Of a stretch of 64,000 nucleotides of DNA, positions 52,431 to 61,166 are shown one piece after another (the first letter of the stretch is position 1; each line of letters begins with the position of its first letter). Under the pieces are notes generated by a model. That model had not been told where the DNA came from, made no database searches, and saw only the letters and a list, made by a program, of their open reading frames with translations. The translations under genes and the position numbers were made by a program. The stretch is taken from NCBI GenBank assembly GCA_964187785.1, contig OZ076409.1, positions 85,190,001 to 85,254,000 on the forward strand. Reading direction: 5' to 3'. The DNA comes from Amphiscolops sp. MND2022. Lineage: Eukaryota.

Positions 52431-52898
52431 GTAATCATTGCATGTTTGTAAGCTGGTTTTGGTTAAATTCATCACTTTTTCATCTCTCGTTTATATGATG
52501 CAAATTTTCATGCGAATTCATCCTTTTTTCATCTCGTGATTTTTTTCGTCTGTTTTATATGAAATTTTAGTTGATATTCATCCGTTTTACATCGCGTTTT
52601 GTTTTTATGCGTTTTTCATGTGATTTTTAGTGACTGTTCATCCATTTTACATCTTCATGTTCATTTTAACTTGAAATTGCATGTAAATTGTTCGTTTTTG
52701 TGAGTTGTTCATCTTCAACACATCGTGTATTTTGAAATGTCGTTGTTCTTGTCTAAATCGTTACGTTTACTTTGTTGGTCTTTCTCAGTGCGTTTCTAGC
52801 TGAAGTAATCTCATGAATGAGGAAATCAGGATATGTTTTCGGTGTAGGGTTCTCGCGTAACCTGTACCTACTCTGATTGTTTCTAGACGGTCTAGAAC

Positions 52899-53699
52899 TC
52901 ATCTTTCCTCATCTTCAGTTTGCGTGTTTGCCTGTTGTGATTGATTTTCGTGTTGTTCGTCTCTCAGAGGTAATCTTATCCTGCTTTCATCGCGGGGGGG
53001 CGGTAGAATAATTTCCTCTTGCGTTCCAAATCTAACTGTAGGTGGTCTAAAGTTGTTGTGGTCAGTTTCTACTTGCTGATAGTCTATTCTCGTGGTTATT
53101 TCTGGTAGAGTTACTTGTGGACTGTGTCTTTCTTGTACTTGTGGAACTATTTCTTCTGAAGGCTCTTCTTCGACTAAGTCTTGATCTAGATTTTCATTCT
53201 CATTCTGATCTACTTTGTCGGTCGTTGGAATATTCGAGTCGAAAATGTCCGTGTCTTCAACCCTTTCAGTGTCTGGGTAAAGATGTTTGGACACGTTGAT
53301 GTCATCAATCGGAAATTCCAGTTTGAATAACCTCAGTCGCATTCTGTGTACGCACTGAGTCTGGTGTGTGCCTACTTTGCAGATGATGTAGTTGCTATCG
53401 GATAGTACTTTCATCACCTTGTACGGTCCTTTCCAATGGAAAGTTTTAAACTCTTCCTTGCTTCGCTGAGAGTCGTACTTAGGGTCGAGTAGGAACACAA
53501 ATTCATTCACCTTCAGTGGCTGCGCTCGTGCTTTTCTATCATTGTACATTTTGTACTTGTGATAGGCGGAGATGATGTTGTCTAGATTGTCTCTGAAGAT
53601 GAAGTTCATTTTGTCTAGAATTTTATTCCCGTCCTTGCACTTTGTTTCAGCCGGCTTGTTTGCGTTTCGGAATTGCAGGTCTAGCGTGTTGGTGAACAT
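52899..53699 (-). CDS. pol: Integrase C-terminal region (GPY/F module plus acidic tail), frameshifted from pol
   Basis: WKGPYKVMKVLSDSNY..VHRMRLR GPY/F motif; overlaps the pol stop, indicating a small deletion. Confidence 0.9.
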   Translation of the reverse strand: MFTNTLDLQFRNANKPAETKCKDGNKILDKMNFIFRDNLDNIISAYHKYKMYNDRKARAQPLKVNEFVFLLDPKYDSQRSKEEFKTFHWKGPYKVMKVLSDSNYIICKVGTHQTQCVHRMRLRLFKLEFPIDDINVSKHLYPDTERVEDTDIFDSNIPTTDKVDQNENENLDQDLVEEEPSEEIVPQVQERHSPQVTLPEITTRIDYQQVETDHNNFRPPTVRFGTQEEIILPPPRDESRIRLPLRDEQHENQSQQANTQTEDEER

Positions 53700-56600
53700 T
53701 TCAGTGAGTTGTGGTAAGTTGTGTTATGGGCCATGATTGCTATGTCGACATAGCGGTCCCATTGTGGTCTGTCTGCGTTTACACTAAGTTTAAGTATCTT
53801 TTTTAGTTTCGCGTGCGTTCTCTCGACCATGCCTATTGTCTGTGCGTGTTTTATCGTGGCGTGGGAGATGTGAATATCAGCCGTTTTCGCGATTTCGGAG
53901 AGCAGTTCAGCCGTAAACGCCGTGCCCTTGTCCGTCAGGATGTGCTTTGGCACATAAGCGTGTTTCGTGAATATTGACAGTAAATCTCTGACTACGGAGT
54001 GCGTTTCAGGTCTCTTCAGCGGAACGGCGAACAGGTAGCGTGAAAAAACGTCGACAGCCGTCAGAATGTACGTAAAACCGTTCGACGCCGGGAGTGGACC
54101 AACAATATCTATTTCAAGCAGGTCTTCTGGTCCGTCGCACGGGTCGTAGATTTTCTGTAACGGTGGACGTAGTTGCGGTTCTTTTACGCTTTTAGATTTC
54201 ATGCAGTTTTCACATCCGTCTAGAACCTTTTGAACTTTACAAGCTAAGTTTGGAGAGTAGTATCTTTTACGTAGTTCGTACAACATTTTCTTCAAACCAG
54301 GGTGTCCTTGTACCGGGCTGTTGTGGAGAGTCCTGATTATTTTTAAGATACAGTCTTCAGGAACGACTAACTGCTTGTGAGACTCCAGTCCCGTGTGATC
54401 ATAAAACTGCCTGTACAAGACACCGTTCACTACTTGCAAGCGTTTACGATTTTTGTGCAACTTTTGGAAAAATTGATCTTGCATACTAACTGGGTGTTGC
54501 AAAATTTCAGAACCTAAAAATCTAATCATTTTTTGAATGACCCAGTTAGTTTTTTGAATCTGAATTAGATCGATCCCCTCAGCGGGGCTAACCTGACTCA
54601 TTACCGGGTTTGATAATGATACTTTATTGATGAATTGCGTGAGCTGTTTTGGCTCGTCCACATCTGTGAGGCGGTACGTCAGATGGTTGTCGGTCGCGAA
54701 TTCATCTGAGGCCGCTGTTCTCTCACAGTTGGTGAACTTCATCTTTTTCCCATCGTCATGAGCCACATCAATGCCAGGTGCCAAGTTCATCTCTTTGACA
54801 TCCTTCTGGCGTTTGCATCTGGGTGGTTCACTTACGGGAAAGTAGTCAGGTTCGTCTTCCTCCTGTTTCGGTGTTCTGGAAGCGATGTCGATCTCGATTC
54901 TGTGAATGGGAATAGTATCAGTCAATTTTATATGGACACGATCTTCAGGTCTAATCTCAAGACGAGATAGGTAATCCGCTGCGGGATTTTCAACTCCTGG
55001 TACATGTGCTGATAGAAAATTGAACTGAAGCGTTTGATCACAAAAATTCCACAGTGAGGGCGGGATGTGCTTCGCCTGAAAAAATCTGGTTAAGGCTTTG
55101 TTGTCGGTCATAACAATGATGGGTTTTTTCGCACCCCACAAAATGTGGCCAAATTCATCAAATGCAAAATGCATCGCTAAAAACTCCTTGGCATACATTG
55201 TTAGAGACATCTGGCCTCCCTGAAATTTCGTAGAGCCAAAGGCAACGGGGGCGTATGTTTGTTTGGCTGATGGGTCAGCATAATCCTCAATTAACAAAAC
55301 ATAGCCGGCAGCGTGTTCGCTGGCGTCGCACATGATTATCAATTGTTTATCAGGTAATGGAAGTTTCAAAGACACTTTTGTTGCTTTTAATAGACTTTCG
55401 TTAATTTCAAAAATGGCGTCTTTGTGTTGTTGGCTCAGCTTGAAAGGGACGTCTTTCTTGATCAGTTCTTGTAAACAGCAAGTTTTATCAGCTAGACGGG
55501 GAATATATGATCTGTAAAAGTTTACAAAACCAAGGTAACGTTGCAACGATTTCACTGAGTTGGGGGGTTTTAACTTGCTCAAGTAGTCTATTACGCGTTT
55601 TTCAATGGGAGCAATACCGGTGCTAGAAATGGTTTTGCCCAAGTACTCAATTTGCTTTTGTCGAAATTCGCATTTAGTCATGCTAAGTTTAAGACCGGCT
55701 TTGTTCAACTGCTGAAAAACAAGTTCAAGGTTATTAATCAGTTCTTCAGGAGTATGTGCTGCAATTCCAATGTCATCAACATATTGAGCACATCGGTCCG
55801 CTTTGACCAAGGGGTCCAAATACTCACGGACTACACTTGTGAATGGTGATAAAGAACGATTAAGACCTTGTGCTAGACGTAAGAATGCAAAAGTTCTAGA
55901 ACCAAAATCAAACGATAACAGTTGGACTGACTGCTCGTCGGCCATTGGGATGCAATGGTAGGCCTGGGAACAATCAAGTTTGCAAAAGTACTTTTTCCCG
56001 GCCATGTGTTGGGCAGCGTCAGCAATTGTGGTTACGGGATGATTGTGCTCTCCGTAATCGTTTTTGATCAGATGATTTGTTCTTCTCAAGTCAACTAAAA
56101 TCCTCAATTTACCATTAGGTTTACGTTGAGCAAATATCGGAGACGAGTATTTACTATGAGGCAATGTAGTTATTATCTCGTACTCTTGCATTAGAGCTAA
56201 CTCCACGAGCAAATCGTCCTTCAAATTTGTCGGAGTCGGGAGACTTTGTGAATAAACTGGTTCTTGGAGTTGTGGGGTTAACTTAACTTTAAAATCGGTG
56301 TTCATGCCAATATCAAAACGATGTCTAGCAAAAATGGAGTTGTACTTTACTAGCAACTCCTCTACCTGTAACTGTTGGGACGGAGTAAGAAGTGATTCGT
56401 CCCAGTTGAAGTTCTTCAGGAAGTTCATCCGTTGTTCATCGGATTGGGACGGGTCAAGCTTCTCGAGTTCTCGCAGTGCCAGAATCTCATCATAGATTCG
56501 TCGCTCAATTGCGTTGAGTTTGTTTGGGTCACTGCACGTCTCTGGAGTTGGGTACCACTTTGTTGACTTCATATCAGGGTTCACGAACAATTGGTTGATC

Positions 56601-57160
56601 ACTGCTTCCGCCTCGTCTGGGTACTTGGTGATCAAGTTCAAGTGTTCCACTGGCATGGGCGTGATGTTGGCCGCCTGATGTAGTGTTGGTATGCGAAAGT
56701 GTGCCAGAGTGGTGTTGGCATCAAGTGTGAACGTGTGGTTGTTCGGATTGGTGACCTGGATTGTCGTCGTTCCTTCATCTAGGTCAGCCAATGCTGGGGA
56801 AACAAGCAAACACGTCTTTCGCATGAAAGCAGGTGAACCCTCAACTGTACCAGTTGTAAGTGAGATGTCCGCGTCGCTGTGGACCTGTATCATCACTTGA
56901 TGTAGAGGAGGGATCACTGTTCTATTACTGGAACACAAATTGATTAAACCAGTCTTAAATTTGTTGTTCTTCTGCTGTCTAACTTGCATGGACATCATGT
57001 GATTGGGGAAGTGGACAAGGTGGTTTTTGATGTCTAAATTGACTGAGTACTTTTCAAAAAAGGACATTCCAATTAAAATTGTTCCCATTGTTGGAAGGAT
57101 CAGGAACGTTTCTTCAAAGACTTTTCCGGCAACATAAAATCTAATAAGACTTGTTTGCAT
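53681..57160 (-). CDS. pol: Pol: end of protease, RT, RNase H, integrase core
   Basis: RT KLDCSQAYH, QGL, YVDDIG, YLG; RNase H CDAS, KEFLA, TDNKAL, ADYLSR; IN H..H..CENC, IDIVGP, TDKGTAF, MVERT. Confidence 0.97.
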   Translation of the reverse strand: MQTSLIRFYVAGKVFEETFLILPTMGTILIGMSFFEKYSVNLDIKNHLVHFPNHMMSMQVRQQKNNKFKTGLINLCSSNRTVIPPLHQVMIQVHSDADISLTTGTVEGSPAFMRKTCLLVSPALADLDEGTTTIQVTNPNNHTFTLDANTTLAHFRIPTLHQAANITPMPVEHLNLITKYPDEAEAVINQLFVNPDMKSTKWYPTPETCSDPNKLNAIERRIYDEILALRELEKLDPSQSDEQRMNFLKNFNWDESLLTPSQQLQVEELLVKYNSIFARHRFDIGMNTDFKVKLTPQLQEPVYSQSLPTPTNLKDDLLVELALMQEYEIITTLPHSKYSSPIFAQRKPNGKLRILVDLRRTNHLIKNDYGEHNHPVTTIADAAQHMAGKKYFCKLDCSQAYHCIPMADEQSVQLLSFDFGSRTFAFLRLAQGLNRSLSPFTSVVREYLDPLVKADRCAQYVDDIGIAAHTPEELINNLELVFQQLNKAGLKLSMTKCEFRQKQIEYLGKTISSTGIAPIEKRVIDYLSKLKPPNSVKSLQRYLGFVNFYRSYIPRLADKTCCLQELIKKDVPFKLSQQHKDAIFEINESLLKATKVSLKLPLPDKQLIIMCDASEHAAGYVLLIEDYADPSAKQTYAPVAFGSTKFQGGQMSLTMYAKEFLAMHFAFDEFGHILWGAKKPIIVMTDNKALTRFFQAKHIPPSLWNFCDQTLQFNFLSAHVPGVENPAADYLSRLEIRPEDRVHIKLTDTIPIHRIEIDIASRTPKQEEDEPDYFPVSEPPRCKRQKDVKEMNLAPGIDVAHDDGKKMKFTNCERTAASDEFATDNHLTYRLTDVDEPKQLTQFINKVSLSNPVMSQVSPAEGIDLIQIQKTNWVIQKMIRFLGSEILQHPVSMQDQFFQKLHKNRKRLQVVNGVLYRQFYDHTGLESHKQLVVPEDCILKIIRTLHNSPVQGHPGLKKMLYELRKRYYSPNLACKVQKVLDGCENCMKSKSVKEPQLRPPLQKIYDPCDGPEDLLEIDIVGPLPASNGFTYILTAVDVFSRYLFAVPLKRPETHSVVRDLLSIFTKHAYVPKHILTDKGTAFTAELLSEIAKTADIHISHATIKHAQTIGMVERTHAKLKKILKLSVNADRPQWDRYVDIAIMAHNTTYHNSLKCSPTR

Positions 57161-57810
57161 ACCGGGACTAAATTTCCATTCGCTATTTGGATTTTGAAGT
57201 TTGGTGGGGGTAATTCTTGAAGGATGGCTTCTGGATGAGCCGTGGTTATTTTTCGCAATTCTGCTTCAGACATTGCGCTTTGAATTGCGCCTGTGTCTAA
57301 AAGAGCGTGATTTTCATATTTGTCAAACTGAAGAGGGACATAAAGCATTTTGTCTTTTTTATTTAAGTGTAAAGTGGGACTGAGAACGTGAATTTCTGTT
57401 TTAATTGCATGTTTTTTAGCTTTTGAATCGTTAATACTATTTTGCGTTGCATGTTTTCTAATACTAAGCCGTTTGTTGTTTGTTGTGTTAGAAGTCGAGT
57501 CGTGGTGAAGATGGTTGGTAGCCATCTCTTTGGCATCATCCACCTGCCTCATGGTGCTGTGTTGCCAGTTCATCTCATGTTCATCGTTGATTTCAGCGAG
57601 TGGGGAAAAGCGGCTGCCGTTGTGTTGACGTGCATTTCCCATCGCTTTTTCATCGTTGGAAAGTCTTCGCTGATAGACATCGTCAGCTTTTGGTCGTTTG
57701 TCCAGTGAAGGCTGCCATTTCTTCATTGGATGGTTGTGTGTAGTCGGTTGAGTCGAAAGTCGTGTGTCGCGCGTTGTATTTCTAGCGGGCGGAAATCGTG
57801 GCGGAATCAA
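57100..57810 (-). CDS. pol: Aspartic protease region of pol
   Basis: ALLDTGAIQS catalytic motif, IQIANG flap; a 1-nt frameshift near 57145 separates it from the ...ILIGMSFF C-terminal part. Confidence 0.9.
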   Translation of the reverse strand: MIPPRFPPARNTTRDTRLSTQPTTHNHPMKKWQPSLDKRPKADDVYQRRLSNDEKAMGNARQHNGSRFSPLAEINDEHEMNWQHSTMRQVDDAKEMATNHLHHDSTSNTTNNKRLSIRKHATQNSINDSKAKKHAIKTEIHVLSPTLHLNKKDKMLYVPLQFDKYENHALLDTGAIQSAMSEAELRKITTAHPEAILQELPPPNFKIQIANGNLVPVCKQVLLDFMLPEKSLKKRS

Positions 57811-59312
57811 AAACCCTGATTGATGTCTTCATCAGAGTAGCTTATCTGTTCCTCTTCGTCAGCAACTGCTTGCATCGGGTTCATTGGTCTTTGTTGTCGT
57901 TTCAAGTCCTGTCTTCTAGCCTTATTGTCATCTTGTGAATTTGTGGCATAAGGGATCTTGCCATAGGCAGAGCTACTTTCTTTGGGAATGCGTCGTCTGT
58001 AGTCTCTTGCGGAGTGACCAGTGTATCCACAAATCTGACAAACCAGCTTGGGATTGTACTTCGGTTTGTCTGGGTCAGTTGCTTTTTTCATTGGAATTGC
58101 ATCCTCTTTCTTGATGCCATTTGCTTCGTCACGTTGTCGGGCGCGACATTCCGTTTTGCGGTGACCTGTCTTTCCGCAGTAGAAGCATTGTCCCTCGAAT
58201 CGTTTTCTTTCAGTTGGGTGTGTTGTCGTCGTCGTTGTTGGTTTGGTTGTTTCATTGTTCGTCGGAATAGAGGAGGTGACTGCGTTGAATGGTTGAAATG
58301 TCGTGGGCGGTGCTGCATACTGTTGGTATTGGTATTTCCTCATCAAGTATGTCTTGATTTCTTCTGGTGAGCTCTCCTCCTTGTTGGCCATTGTAGGTTC
58401 TTGTTGTATTTCGACTGGAAGTTTGCCGAACAAGAACATTTTGATGATTTTATCCGCTTCATCCCCAAATGCTTGTTTCGCAGTCTTTTTCAAGTTTTTG
58501 AGGAAGTCGCTGAATGTCTCTGTTGTGGGATCGTAACGGGCTTGATCCCATTTGTAGCGAGCTACCTCTTTAAGGTCCTCTTTCGCGAATTCTTTTCTGA
58601 AGAGATCGAGCACATCTTTCAGCGTTGTTAGTGGTGTTATTTGGATCGATTGCCAATACTCGATTGCTTCGTCTCTCAAAAGGCTTTGAAAGAAATGAAG
58701 CTTGTTCTCCTCAGTTATTTTATTGGCTAACGGGCTGAGGTGGTTGAGGAGAAGGTGTTCAAATTCGACGAATTTGTCTTTTTGTCCTCTGAAATTCGGT
58801 ACGTGTGTCTGCAGAAGTTTTGTGTTTGATGTAGTACTCTTTATTCGTTGCGGGATCGTCTCGATGGCGTTTAACAGCCGTTCTTCGTTGCTTCTGGGGG
58901 TTGAATCGCCTTCTTCGTCTGAGTCATATTCTTGGTAACGTCTGAAGTTTGTGAAACTTGATGTCGGGCGGGTGGAGCGGGTTTCTGTAACTCCTGTCAC
59001 CATGTCGAACCCATGCTGTTGGGCCGGCTTTGAAGGACCTTTTGAGCTAGACGGCTGAGATTCGTTATTGTTCTTGCTTACAATTGCCATCATTAAGTCC
59101 TTCAGTTGACTAAACTCCTGGTGTAACTCGTTAATTCGGCGTTCATAACTTTCTTTTATTTCAGATAACTGAGAAGAGATATCTGAATTGTCGTTGGTGT
59201 CAGAATCATTTGAGTTTGCCTGGGCCATGTCTGGATCTGCAGGAGATTCTATTTCTGATGAGGAATCAATGACTCTGCCACTTCTTGGTACAGTTCCTTG
59301 GCCTTGGTTCAT
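57807..59312 (-). CDS. gag: Gag polyprotein (501 aa)
   Basis: Coiled-coil N-terminus, retrotransposon capsid-like core (FFQSLLRDEAIEYW), zinc knuckles CFYCGKTGHRKTEC and CQICGYTGHSARDY (last Cys replaced). Confidence 0.95.
   Translation of the reverse strand: MNQGQGTVPRSGRVIDSSSEIESPADPDMAQANSNDSDTNDNSDISSQLSEIKESYERRINELHQEFSQLKDLMMAIVSKNNNESQPSSSKGPSKPAQQHGFDMVTGVTETRSTRPTSSFTNFRRYQEYDSDEEGDSTPRSNEERLLNAIETIPQRIKSTTSNTKLLQTHVPNFRGQKDKFVEFEHLLLNHLSPLANKITEENKLHFFQSLLRDEAIEYWQSIQITPLTTLKDVLDLFRKEFAKEDLKEVARYKWDQARYDPTTETFSDFLKNLKKTAKQAFGDEADKIIKMFLFGKLPVEIQQEPTMANKEESSPEEIKTYLMRKYQYQQYAAPPTTFQPFNAVTSSIPTNNETTKPTTTTTTHPTERKRFEGQCFYCGKTGHRKTECRARQRDEANGIKKEDAIPMKKATDPDKPKYNPKLVCQICGYTGHSARDYRRRIPKESSSAYGKIPYATNSQDDNKARRQDLKRQQRPMNPMQAVADEEEQISYSDEDINQGF
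57810..57816 (-). promoter_or_regulatory. -1 ribosomal frameshift slippery heptamer G GGU UUU at the gag/pro junction
   Basis: CAG GGT TTT TGA ends gag; the -1 frame continues LIPPRFPPAR... open into the protease. Confidence 0.8.
58985..59002 (-). promoter_or_regulatory. Primer-binding site, probably tRNA-Leu type
   Basis: TGGTGACAGGAGTTACAG directly after the LTR ...TTCGACA; 12/13 match to the TGGTGTCAGGAGT complement of typical tRNA-Leu(CAG) 3' ends (recalled, not searched). Confidence 0.75.
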
Positions 59313-61166
59313 ATAGATAAGTGAAAAGACTTGTGAGTGAAGACTGAATTTTCTGAGATGTTATTTGGATGTATTTTGCTGTTTTATATCAATTATGCGA
59401 TCTCGAATTCACTACTTTTGAACTGAGATGAATTAGAGATGAATTGTACAAATAAACAAGTGTCAAGTGATTCGAAGGAATTTAGTGAAGGTAGGTAGGA
59501 AAGTTCATCTGGTTCTCAGGTAGTCGCGTTATGGTTTCAGAGATGAATTGAGGATGTATTTTTCAGGTAACGTTCTTGCGTGAAATATCAAACTGTGCGG
59601 TAACTTATCGTAATTCTGTCTGAGTAATCTCTGATGGCGGCTTAAACTACAGCAGTTCACGTGTCTTTTCATGCTGGTAAGACGCTAAATCACTTACCAG
59701 CCTCTTCTCATTAGCTACTGCCGGTTGGTGCTAATTGGTAAGTCACGTGACCGGTGTTGTGAACTGCCGCAGGGTGGCCACGCATCATGATCAATCTACA
59801 TATGTGTAAATGGTGGTTAATCATCGCTTTACAGTGCCATAATTGCCTGCACATACCACAAATGGTCTCTATACCAACGAAAATGAGTTCAAAGTATTCA
59901 ATAGCACACTGGTTTCAAGTCAAATTAGGGTAAAATGTATTGCGAGATAGGAAAACGATGTTTTCCAGTTGATTCTAGCACTAAAATCGATATTCTGAAA
60001 TTGAGGATGGATATGCGATGAAATATAGTCTTTCTCGCCCAAAATTCAACACTATTTTTAAATGGCGATGGTAAAGGGATGAACTTCCTCCATAAATCAC
60101 CAATTTCTAGCACAAACTAGATTGACGATGCGTTTAGGATGGATTCATTCGATAAACTGCTAGATCTAGCGCAAAGTAAAATCAGAGATGAGTTTAGGAT
60201 GAACTCATTAGATAAAACAGCAATTTTCAGTGCAAATCAAATTAGCGATGAGTTTAGGATGAACTCAGCTAATAAAGTAACAAATTCTAAGGCAAATCAA
60301 ATTAGCGATGAGTTTAGGATGAACTCGTCCACTAAACTGGCAAATTCCAGTTCAAATAAAATCGGGATGGATTAATGATGAATTTACCAAACAAATCAGA
60401 TAATTCAGCACATTCACTCTTTTTGGATGAATTAGGGATGTACTTTCTCATTCTTTCTTTCTGTTTACTAGTCAGGAGGTGAATAAGGGATGCGTTACTG
60501 TCTTTCAAAAATGAGAAAGTACATTGGAAGTTTCTAAATGAAATGCATCGATGAAATTAAGATGAAGTTACTAAAATAAAGTCCCATAAAATCCGCTGAT
60601 GGATAAGTGATGAAAATCAGTTTAAAGTCCCAATCGTTGTTCACCCGCAATTTCTGAGATGAAATTGCGATGAACTTCATACAAAATAGCTCCAAATTAA
60701 ATCCGCTGATGGATCTAACGATATCGTTCAGTCAAATTGGGTTCATCGTTGAATCCGCTGATGGACTAACGATGAACTTTATGAAAGGGTTGTCACGACT
60801 ACAAGTCCTGAGGCGGGGAGCTAGGAGAAGTTACACATCTCATTACTTTCAATATCTCTTGGTCCAGTCTGACCGGAAAACTTCTCTCCCTTGTCGTGAC
60901 AAACCAATATTTATGAAATATAGCACATTCAAGACCATTTGGCAAGATCATTTATGCGGACACCGGAAGTAGAGCGCTCAGTATTAAGTAAATATATATA
61001 ATTCAAACTCATGGGGGGAATGGGGATTAAGTATAAGTAACGTAGGGTTGCTCACAACCATAGATCTTATTATATGACATCATATTGCCCATATCTAAGT
61101 ACATAAGACATAATATTTACATTACAGATATTTAGTAATCTATATTTCCATCATGCTGGCATGGCA
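59003..61166 (-). repeat. 5' LTR of the giant element (2164 bp)
   Basis: TGTCGAACCC...GCATGGCA, adjacent to the PBS; contains the first ~103 gag codons. Confidence 0.97.

Larger units (their letters stand above)
42688..61166 (-). mobile_element. Giant (18.5 kb) Ty3/Gypsy LTR retrotransposon with antisense spliced cargo gene
   Basis: Near-identical 2.2-kb LTRs, perfect TSD GACAG (42683-42687 and 61167-61171), PBS, gag, PR-RT-RH-IN order; ~8 kb of extra sequence between IN and the 3' LTR. Confidence 0.97.

Noticed and set aside
45296..52730. Cargo as a separate nested + strand LTR element
   Set aside because: No second copy of the putative LTR start at 50785, no TSD, and TGGCGCC at ~45297 is not preceded by an LTR end.
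44884..52898. env gene in the extra region
   Set aside because: No long sense-strand ORF, signal peptide or TM anchor; the coding signal is on the opposite strand and spliced. Short - strand ORFs at 44868-45708 have no recognisable domain.
42688..61166. 2.2-kb repeats as an assembly duplication
   Set aside because: TG...CA ends, 5-bp TSD, adjacent PBS and several substitutions/indels show genuine LTRs.
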